Shown here in pieces: positions 25,501-37,500 of a stretch of 64,000 nucleotides of DNA. The stretch is from the NCBI RefSeq assembly GCF_032444005.1, contig NC_091282.1, positions 143,592,001-143,656,000 of the forward strand. The letters run 5' to 3'. The stretch is from Ranitomeya imitator (taxonomy: Eukaryota). Within the stretch, counting starts at the first letter, position 1. Every line of letters starts with the position of its first letter. Made by a program: the position numbers and the translations under genes. The notes beneath the pieces are model-generated. The model was not told the origin of the DNA and did no database searches. It saw only the letters and a program-made list of their open reading frames with translations.

Positions 25501-28500
25501 GTCGGTTGAGGAGACGAGGACGTCCATCACCGCTCCCTGGACGTCTCATACCCTTCTTTTCAGGTTAGTATCGGCGTGGGATGTTTTAGGTGAGTATTTC
25601 CCCATCCCATCCCAGATCTTTGATAGGGAAGGGGGCTTCTTGTTAGGGGCTCCGATACGGTGACCCTCTCTTACCGGTCATCGCCTGTAGCGGTGGCCGG
25701 TATTGTATCGGTACATCCACAGGCGCGCTTTTACTTTCCCCCTTTTCTGAAAGGGCCCTCTGCTTCCTTTTCGGCGCGGGGCCCTTTTCTGGCTGCCGCA
25801 CCGCGCTTTTATCCCCTGTGGCACCTTCTTACAAGACAGCTCTATGGCTGCCGTACGCTTCTTTCTGCGGCGCACTACCCGGTGCTGCAGTTTTTCATAG
25901 GGCACCATCCTCAGCGCGGCAGCCCTGCAGTTTTTCGCGCCGCTTCTCCCTGCGGCGCACTGCCCTGGCGCCGCAGGAGGGTGTTTTCTGCGGCGCCCTT
26001 CAGCGGCGCAGCCTACGGCGCCTGCGCCGCCAGCCTTCCTCACGCCGCATTGTTCCGGCGCTCTATTTCGGCGCCGCGGCTCTTTTTCTCGGCCGCCGGT
26101 TCCTAATTTAGGCCCCGGCTTCGGCCGGGGCCTACTTCCAGTTTTCGGCTCCCCCACTTCCGCTTCTGCGGGCGGGCTTTTTCCCACCCGACATACTGTG
26201 TCCTGCCCACCGGCGCCTCTGCGTCTGGCTCCGCCCCCTTCCTCGTGGGACTCTCGGCTGGTGTGCGCCGCTTCACACAGCAGCAGCAGCCCTCGCAGTG
26301 CCTCACGCAGCGCGCCACGCTCCTCGCATCTTCGGTGGGCTCAGCATTGAGGAATACAGCACCTCAGGGAAGTTCTGCACCGACAGTGGGACATCTTCCA
26401 GGACCTGGTCCGTGAGTAGCTGCACTGCAGACTGACAACCTCCTCTGCCCCACTGTCCCCTAACCAACTGGCATCTTCAGGGATCTCTCAAAATGTCTTC
26501 TAAAGGGGGCCGCTCTCGCCCCCTACCTCTTCATCTTCTGCCTTTAGTCACGTACTTTGCATGTTCGTCCTGTAACAGCAAACTTCCCTCAGGTCAGTCC
26601 TCCCCGCTGTGTCAGTCCTGTAGCAACCCGATTGTTCCCACCGCCCAGGATCCCCCGGCTGCTCCGCCTGAGTGTGATACCCCCATCCCAGGCTGGGCCT
26701 CCTCTCTGTCACAATCGGTGGCCGATTTAACACGGGTGTCTCAAACCCTGGTGTCCGCGCTGGATCGGTTACCCCTGCAGATCCCTGCCGTGGCCAGCGG
26801 GTCGCAGGAACCGCCGCCCGAGCCCTCCTTGATAAGCCACAAAAGGTCCAGACAGGAACGTCGGTCTGAGTCCTCTTTTCGTTCCATCTCGCCGCACGGC
26901 CCTCCCCCGCGGTTGGTGTCCCACCGATCCTCCTCCCCTGAGTCAGGCGAGGCATTATCTGATGCGCCCTCTGAGGATATTTCGGAGCTGGATCCTAAGA
27001 CGGGCCAAACCACCTTCTAAATTTTTCGCTCCTCATCCTGAATTCGAGGAAATCTTGTCCAGAGAGAGAGAATCCGACCAGACGTTTTCAGAGGGGATAA
27101 CGCCTGGGGGTGTTATATCCTTTTTCACCAGCACTTAACGCCAATTGGACGGTCTCTCCCTCGGTGGATCCCCCTGTTTCCAGGCTGTCCACCAACACGG
27201 TGCTTCCACTGTCCGGCGGAGCATCTCTGAAGGATTCTAACGATAGTTATAGAATCCTTCGCGAAATCTGCTTTTGAAGCGGCTTCAGCGGCTCTATGTC
27301 AAGCTTTTGCTTCCACTTGGGCCTCAAAATCCATCTCAAAATGGGCCAAGGATCTACGGCGAGGTATCCTGGACGGGGCGCCTCCCGCGCAATTAGCGGA
27401 ACTTGCCAACCAGATTTCCCACGCTGGCGATTACCTGGTCTCCTCCTCCCTGGATGTCGAGTCTTGTGCGGCTCAGGCTTCCAGCAATGCCATTGCCATC
27501 CACCGGTCCGTTTTGCTCAAGGCCTGGCAGGCGGACTTGTCTTCCAAAAAGTCCCTCACTAGTCTGCCCTTCCAGGGCTCTCGTCTCTTTGGTTCCCAGT
27601 TGGACCAAATCATTAAGGACGCCACCGGGGGTACAAGTTCTCTTCTCCCCCAGGCTAAACCTCGTCGCCCTTCTCCTAGACGGCAGTTTCGCTCCTTTCG
27701 GCCTTTTCGTCGCTTCGCTGCATCAAACTCCTTTTCCCAGCAGCAACAGAGGCCACAGGCACGTCAAGAGAAGAAGGCGGTGTCCTTTAGGCCCACTCCG
27801 TCCTGGCGTCCTCACTACTCCCAGGGCAGATCCTCCAGGCCCAGGACTGGAAGATCCACCTCCGCATGACTCTCGGCAGGATTCCAGCCCAACTCCCAGA
27901 TTGGGCGGCCGTCTTCTCCTTTTCAGGGACGTCTGGATTTCTGCAGTAGAGGACGCTTGGGTCAGGGAAGTTGTATCCTCGGGATATAAGATAGAGTTCG
28001 CTTCCCGACCCCGGGATCGTTTATTCCAATCCCGTCCTCCAAGAGATCCCGCTCTAGTTCCGGGCTTCTTCGCAGCCATCGCTTCTCTGCTCAAATCCGG
28101 GGTAATCGTTCCCGTCCCAGAAAAGGAACGGTTCACAGGTTTCTACTCGAATCTTTTTGTGGTAACGAAAAAAGACGACAAGGTTCAACCCATTCTGGAC
28201 CTCAAATTGCTGAACCGGAGAGTTCGCCTGAGACACTTCAGGATGGAATCCCTTCGTTCAGTAATTGCTTCCATGGAGGCTCCGGAATTTCTATGCTCAA
28301 TAGATATCCAGGACGCCTACCTCCATGTCCCGATATTTCCCGGACATCACCGTTTCCTGCGCTTTGCAGTGCAACGAGATCATTTTCAGTTCGTCACCCT
28401 GCCGTTCGGTCTCGCAACCGCGCCAAAGGTGTTCACGAAGATCATGGCGGCGCTGATGGCCATCTTGAGAGTCAGAGGCTTGGTCCTATTTTCATACCTC

Positions 28501-31500
28501 GACGACATCCTCATCAAGGCTCCGTCCTTTGCTCAGGCTCACGAAAGCCTGTCCATTGTTCTCGACACCTTAGCCCGTTTCGGGTGGCTGGTCAACCGGA
28601 AGAAGTCCTGCCTTATTCCTTCTCAGCGCATCATTTTTCTGGGCATGCTATTCGACACCCGTCAGACTAGAGTCTTCCTTCCCAAAGACAAGATATCCAC
28701 TCTTTGTCGGGACATACGCTTGCTCCAAGGTCCTCGGCCTCCCTCCCTCCGATCGGCCATGAAGGTTCTGGGGAGGATGGTAGCTACATTGGAAGCGATT
28801 CCCTTTGCCCAATTCCATTCGCGACCCCTTCAGCAAGCCATTCTGTCTCAGTGGGACAGGTCTGTCTTCTCCCTGGATCAGCCGATCAGACTCTCTTCTC
28901 GTGTCAAGCGGTCCCTCAACTGGCGGCTGACGTCACCTCTCATCTCCCAGGGCAGGTCCTTCCTTCCAGTTCACTGGCAGGTAGTGACAACGGACGCCAG
29001 CCTGATCGGCTGGGGTGTGGTTTTTCGCCACTTGACGGTTCGGGGCTGTTGGTCGTCGCAGGAGTCATCTCTGCCAATCAATGTCCTCGATATTCGGGCC
29101 ATCTTTCTGTCCCTCCGCCACTGGGAAAGGATCCTCAGGGGCCTTCCAGTCCGGATCCAGACGGACAACGCCACGGCTGTGGCATATGTCAACCATCAGG
29201 GGGGGACCCGGAGCTCCTTGGCCCTTGCCGAGGTATCCAAGATCCTCCTCTGGGCAGAGGCAACGGTTCCGGTGATATCCGCGGTGCATATCCCCGGCGT
29301 GGACAACTGGGCCGCCGACTTCCTTATCTGCGAGGGCCTCGCGGCAGGGGAATGGTCCCTGCATCCGGAGGTCTTCCATCAGATTTGTCTTCGATGGGGG
29401 ACTCCGGATGTGGATCTCACGGCGTCTCGAATCAACAGGAAGGTTCCGCAGTTCGTCTCCAGGTCCCGCGATCCTCTCGCAGTTGGCGTCGATGCTCTGG
29501 CCATTCCTTGGTCACAGTTCGAGCTGCCCTACCTGTTCCCACCCCTTCCATTACTTCCCAAACTGTTGAAGAAGATCAAAGCGGAAGGGGTGCCGGTCAT
29601 CCTGATCGCCCCGGATTGGCCCAGGAGAGCTTGGTTCGCGGAGCTCGTCAACCTTCTCGCGGACGCTCCCTGGCACCTTCCAGACAGGCCTGATCTGCTG
29701 TCCCAGGGTCCGATCTGCCACCCGAATTCTCGGTCGCTCAGTTTAACAGCGTGGCTGTTGAGACCGCGGTTCTAAGAGCGTCCGACCTTTCGGACCGGGT
29801 GATTCACACCGTGATTCAGGCTCGGAAGCCATCGTCTTCCAGGATCTACTACCGTACCTGGAAGGCTTACTTCCGTTGGTGCGAATCCAACAGAGTTCCG
29901 CGTATGGTTTTTTCCCTGCCTTCTCTTTTGGCCTTCCTTCAGGCAGGACTGGATTCAAGCCTGGCTCTTAGCTCCCTAAAGGGCCAGGTTTCTGCGCTTG
30001 CCATCCTCTTTCAGAAGAACTTGGCCTCTCGGCCACAGGTTAAGACCTTCTTTCAAGGAGTAGCCCACGCTGTCCCGCCGTACAGGGCCCCTGTGGACGC
30101 ATGGGACTTAAACCTGGTACTGGACGTTCTGAGGGTTTCCCCCTTTGAACCTCTTAGGGAGATTCCTCTATCAGTTTTATCTTGGAAGGTGACCTTTCTT
30201 GTGGCCATCACGTCTATTCGCCGCGTTTCCGAGTTGGCGGCCCTGTCTTGCCGTCCTCCGTTTTTGGTCATTCACTAGGACAAGGTGGTCTTCCGGCCTC
30301 CACCTTCTTTTCTTCCTAAGGTGGTTTCCACCTTCCACCTCAACGAGGACATCGTTCTACCTTCCTTTTGTCCAGCTCCGACTCCTCCTCTGGAGCGATC
30401 GTTGAACAAGCTGGACCTCGTCAGGGCAGTGAAGATCTATCTGGACAGAACGTCCACTTTCCGGAAGACGGATTCGTCATTCCTGATGGCACGCGCAGAG
30501 GCCAACCGGCTTCTAAAGCGACTATTGCTCGCTGGATCAGAATGGCAATTTTGGAGGCTTACCGGGTCAAGAACAGAGTGCCCCCTCCTGGGATTAAGGC
30601 TCACTCTACCCGGGCAGTCGGCGCCTCCTGGGTGGTGCACCACAGGGCTTCCGCCCTACAGCTTTGCAAAGCGGCAACTTGGTCTTCCATCCACACGTTC
30701 GCCAAATTTTACAAGGTCCATACCTACGCTTCGGCGGACGCCGGCCTAGGCAGAAGGATCCTGCAGGCGGCAGTGGTGAGTCCTCTGACCTGATGGAAGT
30801 CTGTTTTTCCCGCCCTAGGGACTGCTTTGAGACGTCCCATGGTTCCTGTGTCCCCCAATGAGAGGCGATAAAGAAAACAGGATTTTTGGTTGCTTACCGT
30901 AAAATCTGTTTCTTGAAGCCTCCATTGGGGGACACAGCTCCCTCCCAATGTTTCTGTTGTTATCTGTTCTATGACTGTTCTCACGTTTACAGTTCTCAAG
31001 TTTGTGGTTATGGTTTTTCAACCTTGTTCTTTTCTCCTACTGCTTTCTCACTAACTGAAGAGTATTATGCCAGTCGGTGGGGTGTACACTACAGAGGAGG
31101 AGCTAACTTTTTTATTTGCATAGTGTCAGCCTCCTAGTGGCAGCAGCATACACCCATGGTTCCTGTGTCCCCCAATGGAGGCTTCAAGAAACAGATTTTA
31201 CGGTAAGCAACCAAAAATCCTGTTTTTGTCTATTCCGGACGCAGCATCTCTTAAGGATCCCATGGACAGTAAATCGAGGCGTTATCCAAATCGGCGTTTG
31301 AGGCTTCTGGAGCCTCGCTCTGTCCTAGTTTCGCCTCTTCATGGGCAGCGAAAGCTGTGTCAGCCTGGGCCAAGACCCTGTGCAGAGGCATTTTGGCCTC
31401 TGCTCCTGCTGAGGTACTGTCTGATTTAGCGGATCAGATTTCTCTTGCAGGTAAATACCTCATGAATGCCTCCCTGGATGCGGCTGCTTGCTCGGCGAGG

Positions 31501-34500
31501 GCTAACAGTAACATTGTGGCCATTCACCGAATTCTTTGGCTTAAAGCGTGGAACGCAGATCCTGCTTCTAAAAAATCCCTCACTGGTCTGCCCTTCCAGG
31601 GCTCTAGACTCTTCGGCACACAGCTGGATCAAATGATCTCGGACGCTACGGGTGGTAAGAGTACCACTTTACCTCAGTCCAAGCCTAGGCGTTCCTTCAG
31701 CAAGAGGGGCCCCCAGTCCATTCGTCCCTTTCGGTCCTTTACCTCCTCAGGAAACTCCACTCAGGACCGCGCTTCCTCACAAGGAGACCGGAGGAAGCCT
31801 TCCTTCAGGCCTCCCCCGCGCTGGAGAGCTAAAAGCCACCCCTCAAAACCGTCTGGACCTTGTGGCCACAGATTTTCTAATAAATGACAGGTCTCCCCTA
31901 CCTGGAAATCCTTCCAGCGTGGGAGGCCGGCTTCATCTGTTCTCAGAAGTTTGGCTATCTGTAGTCAACGATGCCTGGGTCAGGGACATCGTCACCTCAG
32001 GCTACAATACAGAATTTTTTTCGCCCCCAGGAAGATGTTTCCTTCTCTCTCGTCCTCCCAAACAGTCCTCCCATCTCCCAGGTCTTCTCCAGGCCGTCGA
32101 TTCGCTCCTCGCCTCAGGAGTCGTAGTTCCGGTTCCTTATCGCGAGCGGTTTTCGGGTTTTTACTCAAACCTGTTCGTGGTTCCAAAGAAGGACGGCTCT
32201 CTCCGTCCAATTTTGGATCTCAAGCGGTTAAACCGCCATCTCTGGATTCGACACTTCAGAATGGAATCACAACGCTCGGTGGTCGCGTCCATGGAACTGA
32301 AAGAGTTTCTGTGTCCCGTGGACATTCGGGATGTGTACCTACACATCCCGATTTGCGTACAACATCAGAGGTTTCCCCGGTTCGCGATCCAAGAACATCA
32401 TTACCAGTTCACAGCTCTCCCTTTCCGTCTGGCGTCTGCTCCCAGGGTCTTTACGAAGGTCATGGCCATTCTGCGTTCAAATGGGATTCTGGTAATCCCA
32501 TACCTCGATGACCTCTTGATCAAGGGTTCGTCTCGTCGGGATTGCAGCCAGAGCCTCCAGCTTACTCTGGACACTCTTATTTGCCTCGGCTGGATAATCA
32601 ACTATCAGAAGTCCTCCTTGATTCCAACCCAACGGCTGGGCATGGAATTCGACACCTCTCAGGCTCAGGTCGTCCTCCCCAAGGAGAAGTTCCTTTCTTT
32701 TCGTCGGGGTGTCAGAGCACTAAAGGGCCCGAACACTCTGCCTCGCCATGAGCGTTCTGGGGAAGATGGTCGCTTCCATGGAAGCGGTCCCCTACGCTCA
32801 GTTACACTCTCGTCCCCTCCAGCTGGCCCTTCCGTCTGCCTCGGACAGGAACCCACTTTCCCTGGACCGTCTGCTTTGCCTCTCTTCCAAGGTGAAGCAG
32901 TCTCTCTTGGTGGATGCTATCCACCTCCATTCTGCGTGGGAGGTCATTTCCCCCCCCTCTCCCCCCCCCTGCTGGCAGGTCATCACCGACACCAGCCTCC
33001 AGGGTTGGGGAGCGGTCTTTCTCCACCTCACGGCCCAGGGCCGCTGGACTGTTCAAGAGGCACGCCTTCCTATCAACCTTTTGGAAGTCAGAGCCATCTT
33101 CCTAGCCCTCATCCACTGGCAGTCCCTCCTCTCGGGAAAACCGGTCCGCATTGAGTCGGACAACGCCACGGCCGTGGCATAAATAAACCATCAGGGAGGG
33201 ACTCTCAGCAGACAGGTCATGACGGAAGTGGCAAAAATTCTGCGTTGGGCGGAGAGCCACGTTCCCTCTATATCAGCTGTCCACATCCCAGGGGTGGACA
33301 ATTGGGAAGCTGACTTTCTAAGCCGCCAAGGCCTCATGGTGGGCGAGTGGTCTCTCCTCCCCTTAATCTTCAGCCAGATTTGTCAGCGGTGGGGCGTTCC
33401 AGACGTCGACTTAATGGCCTCCCGGGCAAACCACAAGGTTCCCCAGTACGTTTCCAGATCTCGGGATCCGATGGCCGTCGGATGCGACGTTCTCGTGATC
33501 TCGTGGGCCCAGTTCCAGATTCCTTATCTGTTCCCACCCCTTCCCTTGATCCCAAGGGTCGTGAAAGAGATCAAGAAGACAGAAGGGGTCCCTGTACTCT
33601 TGGTAGCTCCAGATTGGCCTCGCAGGGCCTGGTATGCGGAACTAGTGAACATGCTATCGAACGTTTCATGGAGTCTTCCGGATCGTCCGGATCTTCTTTC
33701 GCAGGGGCCCCTCTTCCACCCGAATTCTCGGTCTCTGAATTTAATGGTATGGCCGTTGAGGCCGCGGTCCTGAAGGACACGGGTTTTTCTCACAGCGTCA
33801 TCCAGACTATGATAAAAGCGAGAAAACCGGCTTCCTCACACATTTACCATAGATGTTGGAAGGCCTTTTTCCGATGGTGTGAGGACAACAGTCTTTTTCC
33901 TATGGTTTTTTTCCCTTCCATCTCTTCTCGGTTTCCTTCAAGCGGGTCTTGATTCGGGACTTTCCCTGAGCACCTTGAAGGGTCAGATTTCCGCTCTGTC
34001 CATCCTTTTTCAAAGAGACCTGGCCTCCCTTCCACAGGTGAGGATCTTTATTCAAGGGGTTGCTCATATAGCTCCCCCTTATCATCCTCCTATCGAGCCT
34101 TGGGATCTCTACCTCATGTTAGACGCCCTCCAGCGTGCGCCTTTTGAACCGATTCGGGACATTTCCTTCTCACTTCTATCTTGGAACATGGCCGCCTTGG
34201 TCACCATCACCTCAATTAGGAGAGTGTTGGAGCTGGCGGCATTGTCCTGTCGTTCTCCCTTTCTAATCCTGCACCAGGACAAGGTGGTTCTTCGACCGGT
34301 TCCTTCTTTCCTACCAAAGGTAGTTTCGGCCTTTCACACCAATGAGGACATCGTCCTCCCTTCCTTGTGCCCTTCCCCGGTTCATCCCTTGGAGAAATCT
34401 CTTCACAAGTTGGATGTGGTCAGGGCTATCCGGATTTATCTTTCCAGAACTGCTTCCTTTCGTCAGGCCGATCCTCTGTTCATCGTCTTGGAAGGGCGTC

Positions 34501-37500
34501 GAAAGAGGCTCCCTGCCTCCAAGTCGACAATTGCTCGTTGGATCCGTTCGGCGGTTCTGGAGGCATACCGTGTCCAAGACAAACTGCCTCCTTCGGGGGT
34601 GAAGGCTCACTCTACCCGGGCTGTGGGAGCTTCCTGGGCAGTTCGTCACCAAGCTTCGGCCTCGCAGGTTTGCAAGGCCGCAACGTGGTCATCCATTTAC
34701 ACCTTTGTAAAATTCTACAAGGTGCATACTCAGGCTTCTGCGGACTGCTTTTGGACGTCCCATGGTTACCTGTGTCCCCCAATGAAGCGAGAAAGAAAGA
34801 GGGATTTTTGGTTCTTACCGTAAAATCTCTTTCTTGGAGCCTTCATTGGGGGACACAGCACCCTCCCTTGAAGCTGTACCATGTTGGCCAACGTGCCGTT
34901 ATTGTGGGTTGGTACATAGGTTGAGTTTAATTTTACTTGTTCCTACTACTGCTTTTGCACCAACTGCGTTGCCTGGTGCCTGTCGGGGGGTGTATACTGC
35001 CAGGGAGGAGCAACTTCTTTATTTGCATAGTGTCAGCCTCCTAGCGACAGCAGCATACACCCATGGTTACCTTTGTCCCCCAATGAAGGCTCCAAGAAAG
35101 ATTTTACAGTGAAGAAAAATTAGTTTTGTTGTACTCGCCTGGGGGCGGATGGTCAGGTTCGATGGGTGTTGTAGGTCCGGCGCCTCCCATCTTCTTGCGA
35201 TGCCGCTCTCCTGCTTCTTCATCGCTCCCCAGCATCGGTGCTCAGTTGCAGGCGTACTTCTCTGCCCTGTTGAGTGCAGAGTAGAGTACTGCAGTGCGCA
35301 GGTGCCGCGCCTCTCTGACCGTTCACGGCGCCTGCGCACTACAGCACTTTAACTCTTCCCTCATCAGGGTAGAGAAGTACACCTGCGCAGGAACGCAATG
35401 TCGGGGAGTGATGAAGAAGCAAGAGGACGTCGTCGCAAGAAGATGGAAGGACCCGGACCTGCGACACCCATCGGACCGGTCCGTCCACGCCCCACCGGGT
35501 GAGTATAATAAGTTATTTTTCTTCACTTGCAGGTCAGACAGGGGGCTTATCTACAGTATTATAGAATACTGTAGATAAGTCCTGAAAGGCAGTGGCGGCA
35601 TCTTAATAGCGGCAAAATCTGCTGACAGGTTCCCTTTTTAATATTTTGTTTCCTTCTTGAGAAGCTGCAGGATAGTAGCGGATAATCACACTAGAAGTGA
35701 ATAATTTCATCAAATTTTCCTTTATTGCCTTCAGAGTGAGAAAAGGATTATTCTTAGAATCCAAAGTTCTCGCCTAACCACAGGATAGAGAAAAACTACT
35801 GATCTCTGGGGGTCCAACCTCCTGAACTCTCACCGATCCCAATAATAGGGCCAGGGATCCTAGTAAGAGGCCTCTGCAGAGCCCTGTCTTGGAGCGAGCG
35901 CTCAACTTCTTGCTCTTTCCATTACCTGTGAGTGTGAGTAAGGGTGAAGCACTCTACTTGTGTGGGGGAGGTTCTTTGGTCTCATGGACGTTTATTGTGC
36001 GCTCCTCTGCTCCTTCAAGACTGTTTTTTGGGGACATTGTGTTGTCCATTAACCCATGGATTATTCCAAGAATAAAGAATTAGCCTTATTGCTAATATGA
36101 AGAGTTCCAGTTGATTTATTTTTTATGCTTCTTTCTCAGCATCAGGAGCAAGTGCTAAATGACCTTGTGGACGGGAAGGAAATCTACAACACAATCAGGC
36201 GAAAAACCAAGGATGCCTTTTACAAAAACATTGTGAAGAGAGGCCATCTGCTCAAGAAGAGTGAGTGTATTGGGCAGAATGGGTTTTTACAGTGCTGCTG
36301 CATGTGGCCAAAACCCTACCCTAATGTGGGGGCCAGCTCCTTACAGGCTATGCAATTTGTGTGACATTGCGGACTGTACCCGGTGCCGTGCATGGATTTT
36401 CTGCTATGGGGAGATCACAGACACTATGTAGTGGCATGCAGCTCCTAGCGCAGGGGTATACATACCGCTGTACATGGGCCATGTATACGGGTTTGCTGTG
36501 TGCTTTTGGGCAGCAGTCAGTCGGCCGCACAATTGTGATTTAAAGCCATTGTTTGCTTTCCCTGGTCTTAGACACTTTTATACTTGCTGCTGTTCTGGTT
36601 GGTACAGATGAGAACATGCTATGAGGAGCAAGCCTTGCACGGCCAGGCAATTAATGTGCTGCCGGTTCTGTCTTGCTGTAATTGCAGTAATCTAGTAGAA
36701 TGGGTTTTAGATGTTTTTACATTGATCTCTTCTTACTACACTTTTTTTTAATACAAAACTAGTGTAGACATGAACTAGAAACCAGTCTCATTTCAACTTT
36801 TAGATTTTCTCAGCCGCTCTGAAATGAAAGCGTTAATCATGTTATTAGCTCTGTAATCTCCAATACCGCTGGATCCTCTGACAACAAAAGTCAGTGACAC
36901 ATTCAACTGCTGCTGTGTCAGTAAAGGTACCGTCACATTTAGCGACGCTCCAGCGATATAGACAACGATCCGACCTAAACTAGATCGCTGGAGCGTCGCT
37001 GTAGAGATGTCAAACACAGCAACTCCAGAACGATGCAGGAGCGATCCAGTGACGTACTTTATCGTTCTCCAGGTTGTTAGCTCCGTGAAAAAACATTGCA
37101 GGCATCGTTGCTTTTGCTGTCAAACATGACGAATCCCGCCGACCTGTCGACCAAATAAAGTTCTGGACTTTCAGCTCCGACCAGCGATGTCACAGCAGGA
37201 TCCTGATCGCTGCTGCGCGTCAAACACAACGAGATCGCTATCCAGGACGCTGCAATGTCACGGATCGTTGTCGTTCTCGTTGTAAAGTTGCTCAGTGTGA
37301 AGGTACCTTAAGGTGTCAATTACGGATCGGATATTATCCCTTATCAGGATCTGTGGGGGTCCTTGGCAATTAGCAAGTCATCCTTTATCCTGTAGCTCAG
37401 TCAGCAGATACTCTATAGAGACAATGAAAGTCTCCTGGCTCCTCCACAAATAGGCAGATAGGAAGGACACCTCTATAGGTACCGTCACACTCAGCAACTT

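Larger units (their letters stand above)
25103..31227 (+). mobile_element. DIRS1-like retrotransposon B (inner, near full length, younger)
   Basis: Both ITRs complete (cattgggggacacaggaaccatgggtgtatgctgctgccactagg... and its reverse complement at about 31052-31177); ICR 30837-30937; three overlapping ORFs. Confidence 0.95.
23178..35108 (+). mobile_element. DIRS1-like tyrosine-recombinase retrotransposon A (outer, degenerate; 23178-25102 plus 31228-35108)
   Basis: Left ITR tttctttctcgcttcattgggggacacagg; gag-like ORF from ATG 24356; RT YLDD in ORF 31652-33154; RNase H and MT remnants 32950-33773; YR with RRVLEL and HSTR in 33879-34823; ICR about 34757-34858; inverted right ITR about 34960-35108. 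Confidence 0.92.
23160..35635. mobile_element. Kolobok/T2 MITE split by a nested DIRS pair (pieces 23160-23180 and about 35110-35635)
   Basis: TTAA|agggaacctgtcagcagattt ... aaatctgctgacaggttccct followed by a T-run and aa. Confidence 0.8.

Noticed and set aside
23849-26187. Several GC-rich ORFs of 100-250 aa in the DIRS 5' regions
   Set aside because: Stop-poor GC-rich leader sequence; only the parts from ATG 24356 and 26493 show cross-element homology.
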